The notes beneath the pieces were generated by a model. That model was not told where the DNA came from. It saw only the letters and a program-made list of their open reading frames with translations, and did no database searches. A DNA stretch of 64,000 bases from Bdellovibrionaceae bacterium UBA6776 (GTDB lineage Bacteria > Bdellovibrionota > Bdellovibrionia > Bdellovibrionales > UBA1609). Shown one piece after another: positions 10,934-20,171 of the stretch; position 1 is the first letter of the stretch; every line of letters starts with the position of its first letter. Position numbers and translations under genes: made by a program. Where the stretch lies: positions 67,714 to 131,713 of the forward strand of contig DKGG01000039.1 in assembly GCA_002453155.1 (NCBI GenBank). Reading direction: 5' to 3'.

Positions 10934-11851
10934 TTATTCTTTGTCAGATGATTCGTCTTCAGAAGTGGTGTCGTCCTCTTCTTTTTGTCCTTCGAGCTCC
11001 ATTGCAATTTCAACGTCGTCTGCAGTTCCAGCAGCAACGAGTTTTCGAGCTTTGGAGACCTTCACGACGGCAGGACCAGCAGCTTCAGTTTCTTTGGCAG
11101 GAGCCGCTTTCACAGGAGCTGGTTTTGCTTCTTTTTGAGCAGGTTCTTCGTCACGAGCTTTGGAGCTGTACTCTTTTGCTCCTTCAAGGAAAGCATCTGC
11201 AACCATGTTGGCAAAAAGTTTAATAGAGCGAATGGCATCGTCATTTCCAGGAATTGGATACTCAATGGTTCCAGGATCAGAGTTTGTATCTGCAATCCCA
11301 ACAACAGGAATTCCCAATTTTTTCGCTTCAGCAACGGCAATGTGTTCTTTGGTGATATCCACAACAAACATGCAAGAAGGAGCATCTTTCATGTCGCGAA
11401 TTCCGTCCAAGTAATCCACAAGGCGAACATATTCTTTTTCAATGGAAGCACGTTCTTTTTTAGAGAAGTATTCCAACTCGCCTTTTTCTCTCATTTGGTC
11501 GATGCGCTTCAAGCGATCAATACTGGATTTAATGGTTTGGAAGTTTGTAAGGGTTCCACCGAGCCATCTTTTGGTCACGTAAAACTGACCGGATTTTTGA
11601 GCCGCTTCTTTGATGGGTTCAACGGCTTGCTTCTTTGTTCCAACAAAAATCAAGCGACCCCCTTGGGCAGCGATTTTGTGAACGAATTCCGCAGCGTTCT
11701 TTGCTCCAACCACTGATTTTTGCAAATCGATGATATGGATTCCGCCTCGTGCAGTGTACACGTAAGGCTTCATTTTTGGATTCCATCTTTGAGTCTGGTG
11801 ACCAAAGTGGACTCCGGCATCCAACATGTCTTTCATGGTGATTTGTGGCAT
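10934..11851 (-). CDS. rpsB: 30S ribosomal protein S2 with an acidic/Lys-Ala-rich C-terminal extension
   Basis: MLDAGVHFGHQTQRWNPKM and GIPVVGIADTNSDP motifs. It is 305 aa, with a low-complexity tail. Confidence 0.95.
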   Translation of the reverse strand: MPQITMKDMLDAGVHFGHQTQRWNPKMKPYVYTARGGIHIIDLQKSVVGAKNAAEFVHKIAAQGGRLIFVGTKKQAVEPIKEAAQKSGQFYVTKRWLGGTLTNFQTIKSSIDRLKRIDQMREKGELEYFSKKERASIEKEYVRLVDYLDGIRDMKDAPSCMFVVDITKEHIAVAEAKKLGIPVVGIADTNSDPGTIEYPIPGNDDAIRSIKLFANMVADAFLEGAKEYSSKARDEEPAQKEAKPAPVKAAPAKETEAAGPAVVKVSKARKLVAAGTADDVEIAMELEGQKEEDDTTSEDESSDKE

Positions 11852-11872
11852 AAATTGTCCTCCTGGTTAAGC

Positions 11873-11922
11873 CACCCTTTCGCAGGGGAAACCCAGAGGG
11901 CACCAGAAGCTTGCGAAAGGTG
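11873..11922 (-). promoter_or_regulatory. Leader hairpin between the upstream stop codon and the rpsB RBS
   Basis: Inverted repeat CACCCTTTCGCA / TGCGAAAGGTG of about 11 bp with one bulge. On the minus strand it ends 7 nt before the CCAGGAGG Shine-Dalgarno. No U-run follows it. Confidence 0.4.
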
Positions 11923-11926
11923 AGTG

Positions 11927-13006
11927 TTATAGTTGCTGTTCAGTTAACACAGAGCTCTGGGGCTCGGCAACTAAAAGCTCAGCCAGTACGGCTTCTGCAG
12001 TCTGAAGTTCTCCAAGTGAGCCCAACAGAGGAGAGAACCGATGGTTCGCAAGCCAGAGGTTCGAAATCTCATTAAATTTTTGAGGATTTTTCAATTTAAG
12101 ATCCAAAGATCCATAGGCCTCGTCCTGAATGAAAATGTGCTCTTTCTCGGTCTTTTCCAACAGATCCGGCATGTGGCGCTTCAAAACCCGTTTTATGGCC
12201 CGAATTTGGTGGGTCACATAGTCAGGTTCCATGGCCTTTTCGATGGGGATCAAGCTCATCCATTTGGAGTGATTCTTGAAAACCCTTCCCACAGCGGGTT
12301 CTAAGTCTTTTCCGGTGCCAAGCAAAAAGCGCACAGATTCCTTCTCGGACACCTCTTCAGAGTGGTCCAAACGAAGAAAAATACCAGTCCACCCGTGTGC
12401 CCGAGCCAAACGGGATCGCGTGGAGGATTTCAAAGCCTCGTGGGACAGGAGTTCCAAAAGGCGCGAAGGTGACGGGCAAAACACCAGCTCGTCCACGGCC
12501 ATTTGAGTGGAGCCATTTACGGTAATGGAAGTGACAGACTCCTTCTCAACTTCAATGTGAGTGATCTCGCTCCGAAGAAGGACTTTGAAAGGCGGATCTT
12601 CCAAAAGTTTTGCAACCAGGCTGGAGGCCTTTGGAGTCATTTCCAGCTGTGAGGAGCTGTTCCACTTGGAAAGGAGGTCTACTGAAGTCGCAGGATCATC
12701 TCCAAATCCCACGAATCCTCGCCACTCTCCATGGATGTGAGTCAAAGCTTGGTGGGGTTCAATCACCCAATCAAAGGTGTCAGGAACTCTTTTAGAAAGA
12801 GTCTTTAAAAAACTTTCGTGAGCTTCATCGCCGGCAAAAAAATCCAAATCTGGAGTTTCAAAAGGGGAGTCTTCTCGCACCCTTCGATAGCGTCCGCCAG
12901 CAACTTCACGGGATTCCAAAAGGGTCACGTCAAAGCCGCTCTCACTGAGGTTTTGGGCGGTCCACAAGCCGGTCAGGCCACTGCCTACAACTGCAATTTT
13001 CTTCAT
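11927..13006 (-). CDS. FAD/NAD(P)-binding oxidoreductase (amine-oxidase/phytoene-desaturase-like fold)
   Basis: N-terminal Rossmann motif KIAVVGSGLTGLWTA...LLESRE..GGR. The specific function is not recognisable. Confidence 0.65.
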   Translation of the reverse strand: MKKIAVVGSGLTGLWTAQNLSESGFDVTLLESREVAGGRYRRVREDSPFETPDLDFFAGDEAHESFLKTLSKRVPDTFDWVIEPHQALTHIHGEWRGFVGFGDDPATSVDLLSKWNSSSQLEMTPKASSLVAKLLEDPPFKVLLRSEITHIEVEKESVTSITVNGSTQMAVDELVFCPSPSRLLELLSHEALKSSTRSRLARAHGWTGIFLRLDHSEEVSEKESVRFLLGTGKDLEPAVGRVFKNHSKWMSLIPIEKAMEPDYVTHQIRAIKRVLKRHMPDLLEKTEKEHIFIQDEAYGSLDLKLKNPQKFNEISNLWLANHRFSPLLGSLGELQTAEAVLAELLVAEPQSSVLTEQQL

Positions 13007-13024
13007 AGACTCAAAAGGAACAAT

Positions 13025-13894
13025 TTATTCGTTGGTTTTCAAGTGCTTAATGAGGAGAAGACTCAATTTTTTTAGGGTTGGCCGCAGCAATTGTTTAAGA
13101 AACGGGCGTCTGCGAATCCAGTCTGCCAAGGGAGGAGACATTTTGTAGTAGGCCCAAATGAACTGCTTGCCTAAAACGTGGGTGCGCAGGTGCTGGTCGC
13201 GAAACTTTCGAAAGACCATAAGTTCCACGGCATAAGGTTCGTTTTCAAAAACGGCGGTGGCCAAAAAGCAGGGGCCACGGGAGGTTTTTGTCAGCTTTAA
13301 AAACTGGCGGATTACCGCAGGGTTTTTTGCAGATTTTGAAAAGGCCTCGGCCTTTTTTACGACCATAGGATAAATCGTCGTAAAAGGAAGGAACTCTGCA
13401 AGCTTTGCTGCGGCCTTTGCCATGCGGTCACCATAGGCGGGGCTGGTGTCATAAATGCGTACCAAATCCCAATAAACAGAGGCAATCACAGTCATTTCCT
13501 TACTGCGTTGGGAATTGTTAAAAACTTTTGGAGACAGCTCGCCCCGATTGAGATTGTAAACAATTTCAAGAACACGAATGTACTTTTCGTAAATCACGGC
13601 GGCTTCAGAATAGGCTTTGTTGGCCATCAATACACGGGCGTGTTTGACCAAGTTGACCCGAGTCTTCCACATTTTCACTTTGTTTTTTTCCCGCGCCTCC
13701 TGCTCCATGCGAAGTTTCATTCCCTGGGAAACATTGGTCGCAAGGCTAGAGTAGCAGTTTTCACAAACTTTTTGAGGGATGTCTCCCCCCTGTCCCGTGC
13801 TGGAAAGAGCGACCTTAAGGGCCGTGTCGACACGGTAAAAATGTGTGCTCATGTTGCCGCATCTTGGGCAAGCTTCGCCTTGGGAATCCGCCAT
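13025..13894 (-). CDS. Hypothetical zinc-ribbon protein
   Basis: N-terminal CPRCG...CENC pair, a central helical region, and a C-terminal CFLATAVFENEPYAVEL..FRKFRD...YYKMSPPLA segment. Confidence 0.5.
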   Translation of the reverse strand: MADSQGEACPRCGNMSTHFYRVDTALKVALSSTGQGGDIPQKVCENCYSSLATNVSQGMKLRMEQEAREKNKVKMWKTRVNLVKHARVLMANKAYSEAAVIYEKYIRVLEIVYNLNRGELSPKVFNNSQRSKEMTVIASVYWDLVRIYDTSPAYGDRMAKAAAKLAEFLPFTTIYPMVVKKAEAFSKSAKNPAVIRQFLKLTKTSRGPCFLATAVFENEPYAVELMVFRKFRDQHLRTHVLGKQFIWAYYKMSPPLADWIRRRPFLKQLLRPTLKKLSLLLIKHLKTNE

Positions 13895-13971
13895 AGCTTC
13901 TTATTGTATATGAAGTCACGGACAGAGGGTAAATCCAATTTTATAAATTAGGCCCTGGTTGGGAAGATCCC

Positions 13972-16017
13972 CTAGAGCATGTGAAGGGGATCAATATCGA
14001 CCTGAACTTTAGTCCCGGAATGCAAACATTTGTCGTCTTGAATCAAGCGTCGGCAAAATTCACGAATCACTTGCGACTGTGGTGCCTTGATCAAGACTTG
14101 ATAGCGGTACTTGCCTCGAAGTCGACTCAAAGGCGCAGGTGCTGGTCCTAGAACTTGTACAGATTCAAAAACTTCAAAGGCCGACTTCAACTGGTAAGCT
14201 CTTTTCACTAAACTTTGGGAGCTTTGAAGAGTTTTGGTTTTGTCATTTCCTTGAATCTTTAAAAGAGCGATGCGAGCAAAGGGCGGATAATTAAGGTCTC
14301 TGCGCTCACCAAGTTCCGATTCGTAAAAACTTTTGATCTGGTGAGACTGAGCCACCTGAACACTTTGATGGTTGGGGCTGTAAGTTTGAATGAAAACCTG
14401 TCCGGGATCTTGGGAGTGTCGCCCGGCTCTTCCGGTCACCTGAGTGAGCAATTGATAGCTGCGTTCAGTGGCGCGGAAATCCGGCCAATGGAAACCCACA
14501 TCCGCTAAGACCAAACCCACGCAAGTGAGTTTGGGAAAATCCAATCCTTTTGCAATCATTTGGGTGCCCACCAAAATATCAATTTCGTTTTTTTCCATCC
14601 GTTGAATCAAATCTTCCAATTCGTGACGAGATTGAATTTCATCTCGATCCGCCCGCGCAATGCGCGCTTGAGGAAAAAGTTTAAGAAGATCCGATTCCAC
14701 AAGTTCAGTTCCCAGACCTAAAGGTTCCATTTGTCCCACATGGCAAGAGGGACATCTTTTTGTCTGGGCTTCGGTGTAACCACAATAATGGCAAACCAAA
14801 TCGCTGCGCTGATGAACGGTCAGGGAAACGGCACAGTTGGGACACTCGCTGACAAAGCCACATTCTGGACATTGATTGGTTTGAGCCGTTCCTCGACGGT
14901 TTAAGAATAATGCCGCTTGTTCACCGCGATTCAAAGTGGATTGAATGCCTTCATAAAGAGTGTCGGAGAGCCAAAACGGAAGTTCACTGGGTTCGTCTCT
15001 CCGATGTTCTCGAACTTCTCTGAGATCAACAATATGCACGTCCGGCATGTGACTTTCGGTGGCTCGGCTTTTCAGTTCGTGGAGTTGATACTTTCCCTCT
15101 TGGACATTTTCCCAAGACTCCATGGAGGGAGTCGCAGATCCTAAGATTACGGGGCACTTGCAAAAAGATCCCAAAACAACCGCGGCATCTCTGCCATGAT
15201 AGCGAAGCTTTTCTTCTTGTTTGAAAGAGGGCTCATGTTCTTCGTCCACCACAATAAGTCCAAGGTTTGGGATGGGGCAGAACAAAGCCGATCGCGCGCC
15301 GATGAGAATTTTTCTTTGCCCGTCGATCATGCTCCACCATTGGTCCGTCTTTTCCCGTTCTGTCAATTGAGAGTGAATCACTGCAACCTGTCCCGGAAAG
15401 CGTTTGGAAAATCGATCCACCAACTGTGGAGTGAGGGCAATTTCGGGAACCAGAACCAAACCGGACTTACCTTGGCGAAGAATTTCTTCAAGGACATTTA
15501 AATACACTTCTGTTTTTCCCGAGCCGGTGACACCTAACAAAAGGTGAGTTTGAAATCCAGAACTTTTGAGGATTTGTTGAACGGCATTTTCTTGTTCGGA
15601 CTTCAAAGTGGGAGCTTGTTCGGGCTCACGAGTCGGGTCTTCCCAAAACAATTGATTTTTTCGCTTGCGGTTCGAAGTTTTTTTAAGAGGTGGAAAAAAC
15701 TGACTGAGCACTTGCCCCAATGGATGCAAATAATATTCAGAAAGCCATTTGCCCCATTTCAGGTGGGATTCTGGGAGGAAAAATTTGCTGTCTTCTTCTT
15801 CCTCTTTCAAAAGAACCGGTTTCAATTCAAATTCTGTGGAAGGATTTTCATCAATGCCGAGGACCACGCCTTTAACTTTGCGCTTTCCTAATGGGGCGAT
15901 CACCTGGGTGCCAGGATGTGGAAATTGCTCGTAGGTCCAAAGATAAGTTAAGGGGCCAAGAATGGGTGCTTCGACGGCAACCTGAATGGCACGGTCCGAA
16001 GTTGAAGATGTGCTCAT
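13972..16017 (-). CDS. priA: Primosomal protein N' (replication restart helicase PriA)
   Basis: Walker A GVTGSGKTEVY, DEEH box, Cys-rich zinc insertion (CPECG..CPNC...CHYCG..CPSC) and a helicase C domain. Confidence 0.9.
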   Translation of the reverse strand: MSTSSTSDRAIQVAVEAPILGPLTYLWTYEQFPHPGTQVIAPLGKRKVKGVVLGIDENPSTEFELKPVLLKEEEEDSKFFLPESHLKWGKWLSEYYLHPLGQVLSQFFPPLKKTSNRKRKNQLFWEDPTREPEQAPTLKSEQENAVQQILKSSGFQTHLLLGVTGSGKTEVYLNVLEEILRQGKSGLVLVPEIALTPQLVDRFSKRFPGQVAVIHSQLTEREKTDQWWSMIDGQRKILIGARSALFCPIPNLGLIVVDEEHEPSFKQEEKLRYHGRDAAVVLGSFCKCPVILGSATPSMESWENVQEGKYQLHELKSRATESHMPDVHIVDLREVREHRRDEPSELPFWLSDTLYEGIQSTLNRGEQAALFLNRRGTAQTNQCPECGFVSECPNCAVSLTVHQRSDLVCHYCGYTEAQTKRCPSCHVGQMEPLGLGTELVESDLLKLFPQARIARADRDEIQSRHELEDLIQRMEKNEIDILVGTQMIAKGLDFPKLTCVGLVLADVGFHWPDFRATERSYQLLTQVTGRAGRHSQDPGQVFIQTYSPNHQSVQVAQSHQIKSFYESELGERRDLNYPPFARIALLKIQGNDKTKTLQSSQSLVKRAYQLKSAFEVFESVQVLGPAPAPLSRLRGKYRYQVLIKAPQSQVIREFCRRLIQDDKCLHSGTKVQVDIDPLHML

Positions 16018-16823
16018 CGAAACAAACTGTAAAACTCTTTCAAGGGAATTTCATCGCTCCACTGGAAGGTTGGATTTTTCGAATCTCCTTGGAAGACCGA
16101 GGGTTTGGGATTGCGGCCCAAGTAAGTCACCCGTTTCAAATTTACGGTGACCTCATTGTTCCCCCATTTGTAAACAATCAACTTTGGGTAATAAAATCCA
16201 CCGCTAAATTCTTCGTAATTGTGAGCGGTCACGGTGGCTCCTGTAGGAAAAGAAACTTGGGTCACGACAAACTGATCCTGTTCAATAAACAAGTAAGGAG
16301 CTTGAGCCGTTCCTATTCCGTAGGTGATGGTTCCACCAATGCGTTTTAAATTGACGAAATTTTGCCCCGTGTATTTGGGTGCACTGTCGGCAGAAAAAGG
16401 TGGCCGACCTTGTAGGGATTCAGCTCCGGTCATCCCAATCTGGTGAAGGTAAGACTTCATCCAACCGGAACTTCGAAAGTGAAAGAAAACCGGAGAAAAA
16501 TTTTGAGGCCAACGAGTGGTCGTCAGTTTTTCGCCACTGTCATAAACTTTCCGTCGGTTGGCCGAGTAGATGATTTCACCATTCACTTGGTTTTTCAAAA
16601 GGCCAGCACCTTGAAGATTCAGTTTCATTTTGGATTCACTGTCTACCCACCAATCTTCATTGACGTGGTAAAGACTTCCTTCACCGGACTTCCATTCGAC
16701 AACCTGTTGAATGTGGTAGGCGCCGGCGCCGTGATTTTTTGCAGTTCGAGAAATGATGGTGTCGTATTCCAAGACGTAAGCAAAAGCGGTGGAACTCAAA
16801 AGGAATGCAATTAAAAATTTCAT
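16014..16823 (-). CDS. Hypothetical secreted protein
   Basis: 269-aa ORF with a signal peptide (MKFLIAFLLSSTAFA). It overlaps priA by 4 nt. I recognised no family. Confidence 0.55.
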   Translation of the reverse strand: MKFLIAFLLSSTAFAYVLEYDTIISRTAKNHGAGAYHIQQVVEWKSGEGSLYHVNEDWWVDSESKMKLNLQGAGLLKNQVNGEIIYSANRRKVYDSGEKLTTTRWPQNFSPVFFHFRSSGWMKSYLHQIGMTGAESLQGRPPFSADSAPKYTGQNFVNLKRIGGTITYGIGTAQAPYLFIEQDQFVVTQVSFPTGATVTAHNYEEFSGGFYYPKLIVYKWGNNEVTVNLKRVTYLGRNPKPSVFQGDSKNPTFQWSDEIPLKEFYSLFR

Positions 16824-16825
16824 AA

Positions 16826-17710
16826 TTAGGAAAGTCCTTTTACTTTTTCGATCAGGAAGTTTTTAAAATCTTCGGACACTTCTGGGTGACGAAGGGCCAC
16901 TTCCACATTGGCTTGAAGGTACCCCAATTTGTCTCCGGCATCAAAACGTTGGCCTTCAATCGTCATCGCGCGAAGGGAACCGCCTTGGGCCAACAAATTC
17001 ATTGCGTCCGCCAGCTGAATTTCACCATTGCGGCCAGGGGAGCATTTTTCAATGCACCGAAAAACAGAGGAATCAAAAACGTATCTTCCTGTCAAAGCCA
17101 TGCATGAAGGGGCTTCGTTGGGGCTCGGTTTTTCGATGACTGAGGTCACATCCCAAATTTGATTTTTCAATTGACCATCAATGATTCCGTATCGGGAAAC
17201 ATTGTTCTTTGGGACCTCCATAATGGATGCCACACTGAGAGAATTTTTTTCGAATTGGTCTTTGAGCTGAGCAATGGCAGAAGGAGTTCCTTTTTCCGTA
17301 AAAACCACTTCATCTCCAAGGAGAACTGCAAACGGTTCTGATCCCACCGCCGGTTGAGCGGTCAAGACGGCGTGGCCAAGTCCGAGAGCACTTTTTTGGC
17401 GAATGCTCATCAAACACACTTGATCGCGAATGGCTTTTAAATCTGCAAGCAAATCGGTGCGACCCGATTTTTCCAAAGCCCATTCCAATTCAAAGGAAAC
17501 ATCAAAGAAATCTTCAATGGCTTCTTTGTTCCTACCGGTGATCAAAACAATTTCATTGATGTTTGCGTTCAAACACTCTTCGATGATGTACAGCAAGATC
17601 GGTCGATCGACGATCGGAAGGAGTTCCTTCGGAACGCTTTTCGTGGCTGGCAAAAATCGAGTGCCAAGTCCTGCAGCGGGTATGACGGCTTTTTTGACAG
17701 TTTCACTCAT
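16826..17710 (-). CDS. galU: UTP--glucose-1-phosphate uridylyltransferase GalU
   Basis: KAVIPAAGLGTRFLPATKSVPKELLPIVDRP N-terminal signature. Confidence 0.9.
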   Translation of the reverse strand: MSETVKKAVIPAAGLGTRFLPATKSVPKELLPIVDRPILLYIIEECLNANINEIVLITGRNKEAIEDFFDVSFELEWALEKSGRTDLLADLKAIRDQVCLMSIRQKSALGLGHAVLTAQPAVGSEPFAVLLGDEVVFTEKGTPSAIAQLKDQFEKNSLSVASIMEVPKNNVSRYGIIDGQLKNQIWDVTSVIEKPSPNEAPSCMALTGRYVFDSSVFRCIEKCSPGRNGEIQLADAMNLLAQGGSLRAMTIEGQRFDAGDKLGYLQANVEVALRHPEVSEDFKNFLIEKVKGLS

Positions 17711-17837
17711 GGATTCTCACAGAATCACAGATTTCTGAGAGATGGCAAGGACTTAGACCTTAGGCCAAAAAAAAACTGAAGGATTTCTGGATTATTCCGA
17801 TACATCTCATACGAAGGTCTTGGGTCAAGAGGTGCTT

Positions 17838-19013
17838 ATGCGATTTGGTCTCAAAGTGAGACATATTGTGAGTTTGGGAGTGTTGAGCAGTTTGTTCTTC
17901 TTTCAGAACTGTTCGTCCTACGATGAAAACTCCACCGGAGTGACGGGCTTTTCATCGCACATTCAACAGCTTCCTTTTGCTTACAAAGCCTCTTTAGACA
18001 CAATTTCTTACATGTCTTGTTCTCGAATGAAATCCGATTATGAAAAGCGAGCCTATTTCACCTTTCGCGCCGGTGCTTATACACCCAGTTATGGTTTATC
18101 TATGAATAAGGACTATTTGGAAGAGACCAAATACTATTCTTTGGAATCTAAGGCCAATGCGCTTTCCTCCAATCCTAAAAACACCAACACGCGATTGCAG
18201 TTGGCTTTGAGAAACACCAACAATCTTCAATCAATTGTTGTGAACGGTTCTCCGTCAAATGGGACCAGTTTGGGAACCATGCTTTCAAGTTTGAGTGCAA
18301 GTCCTATCGTAGATCACCTGGTCACCATGCAGGCGGGCGACGTGAAACATTACTTCCCGTCGGATTCGGACGATCGATTGATGGCTTCCAGTTTGAGATT
18401 TAATGATGGTTCCGAGGAAAATGTGGTTGGAGAGATTCGTAAAATGCTTCGCGATCGCCAGGCGCTCTTGGCTCTTACATTTACAGATACGGACAATCCC
18501 GACGACAAAACCGCAAGAGGTCCTACGACCGTAACAGGAGATTCCACCAGCACTTCTTCTGCATCGAATGACGTCTATGGAACAGGTTACCAAATTCAAT
18601 TCAAGTCCCCCATGAATTGGGCAACGGCAGAGCAAAGAGTTCTTTCGACCGTGAACGAAGTGAATTTGAGTTCAGGTTTTCCTTCCACGGGAGGCTCTTG
18701 GAGCTGTCCATCCTCAATGCAGTTTGTGGTGGTTCGAAATGAAGACCTGGCAACAGTGAGCAATTGTGAAGTGACGGTGGACTATTACACCAATGACACT
18801 CAACGGCTGGCTTTGGATGCCATTCGTCGGGTTCTTCCTGTGGAAGATTTCTATGTGGACGTAGTTCACCAGTGTATTGTGGCGAAAAATCACATTGCCA
18901 ATCAATCTTGTTATGGGGATCGCACGGGCAGAGGAGCGATTGATTACAGCTCTGGAAGTTGTTCTGGAGACAGTTGCCCACACTATGTTTCCGTTTGTGT
19001 AAAAACAAAATAA
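17838..19013 (+). CDS. Hypothetical secreted, possibly lipidated, Cys-rich protein
   Basis: Signal peptide MRFGLKVRHIVSLGVLSSLFFFQNC with a non-canonical lipobox-like Cys. The C-terminal third carries about 9 Cys. Confidence 0.55.
   Translation: MRFGLKVRHIVSLGVLSSLFFFQNCSSYDENSTGVTGFSSHIQQLPFAYKASLDTISYMSCSRMKSDYEKRAYFTFRAGAYTPSYGLSMNKDYLEETKYYSLESKANALSSNPKNTNTRLQLALRNTNNLQSIVVNGSPSNGTSLGTMLSSLSASPIVDHLVTMQAGDVKHYFPSDSDDRLMASSLRFNDGSEENVVGEIRKMLRDRQALLALTFTDTDNPDDKTARGPTTVTGDSTSTSSASNDVYGTGYQIQFKSPMNWATAEQRVLSTVNEVNLSSGFPSTGGSWSCPSSMQFVVVRNEDLATVSNCEVTVDYYTNDTQRLALDAIRRVLPVEDFYVDVVHQCIVAKNHIANQSCYGDRTGRGAIDYSSGSCSGDSCPHYVSVCVKTK
17848..17862. promoter_or_regulatory. Palindrome GTCTCAAAGTGAGAC (copy 1 of 3)
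   Basis: Read directly from the sequence. It lies in codons 4-9 of the secreted-protein ORF, in the region divergent from galU. Related copies are at 26889 and 45314. Confidence 0.4.
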
Positions 19014-19058
19014 TTCTCCGCTGGTCAGCAGACCATTTCTTAAATAAGCTTTCATCCC

Positions 19059-19931
19059 ATGAGAGCTTTTGGAAAAAAATCAGTTTTATTTTTGCTGTTT
19101 GTTATCGGTCTGCAAAGTCAGGCCACCGATCAATTTGCTGCGGGCTCTTACTCTTTGGGTTTGAGTGGTACAGGACGGGCGGGATTGAGTTCTCCGGAAG
19201 CTGCATTTTTAAATCCAGCCCTTGTCGGACTGCTCGAGAGTTCGGGCCAAGTGACGTATATGGATGGGGCTCCCGCAGAGTCCGCCCATCGAACCATCAT
19301 TGGGGCGTCTCTTGTGGATGCGGAACCCAACAACATGAGCAATGGGGTGATCAGTTACCGAAAGATTCGACGGACGGGTGAGGGTTTGGATCATGCTGCG
19401 GACGGAGAGCTTTGGCATGGGGCTTTGGGAAAGATTCTTTCTCCTCATTTTGTCTTAGGGATTTCAGCGCGAAGATTGACCTATCAAATTCCTGGCTCAA
19501 GTTTGAAGGACCAATGGAATGGTTCTTTAGGAATGCTTTACCTATTTAACTCCTCCTTTGGAGTGGCCTATGTGTTGGACAATCCCGTCAATGAAAACGA
19601 GGACATCCCTTTGGCGCTTCGACAAAATCTGACTCACGGCTTGGGAGTTTATTTTAAACCCTACGAAATGGCCCGGATTCGGATGGATGTGACCAAGCAA
19701 GAACGGTTTAACCCTTCAAACAATGTGGACTTTGCCTTTAGCTTTGAGGCCAAAACCGCAGAGATGTTTATGATTCGCCTGGGCCATCTGTGGAATGGGG
19801 TGGAGGGCCGAAACGAGTGGGGCGGAGGCTTGAGTTTTGTGGGACCGAAGCTGATCTTGGATTATGGATTTCGGCAAAACCTTAAGGATTCCGAGACGAT
19901 GCATGGCGTTGACTTGCGAATTCCCTTTTGA
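19059..19931 (+). CDS. Putative outer-membrane beta-barrel protein
   Basis: Signal peptide (LLFVIGLQSQA), alternating amphipathic segments and a C-terminal DLRIPF ending in Phe. FLNPALVG near the N-terminus is faintly PorP/SprF-like, which is unverified. Confidence 0.55.
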   Translation: MRAFGKKSVLFLLFVIGLQSQATDQFAAGSYSLGLSGTGRAGLSSPEAAFLNPALVGLLESSGQVTYMDGAPAESAHRTIIGASLVDAEPNNMSNGVISYRKIRRTGEGLDHAADGELWHGALGKILSPHFVLGISARRLTYQIPGSSLKDQWNGSLGMLYLFNSSFGVAYVLDNPVNENEDIPLALRQNLTHGLGVYFKPYEMARIRMDVTKQERFNPSNNVDFAFSFEAKTAEMFMIRLGHLWNGVEGRNEWGGGLSFVGPKLILDYGFRQNLKDSETMHGVDLRIPF

Positions 19932-19974
19932 TAGGTTAGGCAGCTCTTTTGCTAATTTAAACGAGGACTGGAAA

Positions 19975-20109
19975 ATGGCATCTGCATCTAAAATCACTGA
20001 GTTTCGTCGCAAACGTAAAGAAAGTAAGGCGGGAAAAAAGCGTAAAGCTAAAAACCGCAACCAAGGAACCACTCGATCTGAAAAAGAGCTTTTTGGAGAC
20101 AAAGAGTAA
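19975..20109 (+). CDS. Small, highly basic protein (44 aa)
   Basis: A GAGGA Shine-Dalgarno sits 9 nt upstream of the ATG and a strong terminator follows. The sequence is MASASKITEFRRKRKESKAGKKRKAKNRNQG... Confidence 0.4.
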   Translation: MASASKITEFRRKRKESKAGKKRKAKNRNQGTTRSEKELFGDKE

Positions 20110-20136
20110 TCTGAAGTTTGATCTTTGGTGAAATCC

Positions 20137-20171
20137 AAAAAAAAAAGCGAACCTATCGGTTCGCTTTTTTT
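20137..20171. terminator. Bidirectional rho-independent terminator
   Basis: Stem AGCGAACC / GGTTCGCT with a TATC loop, flanked by an A-run upstream and a T-run downstream. It serves the convergent small ORF and the TonB-like gene. Confidence 0.75.

Noticed and set aside
17847-17862. GGTCTC (BsaI) and CGTCTC (BsmBI, at 45313) sites inside the palindromes, considered as possible cloning scars.
   Set aside because: The sites are part of a natural-looking 15-bp dyad that occurs three times in native intergenic or gene-start contexts. I saw no vector-like sequence or junctions.
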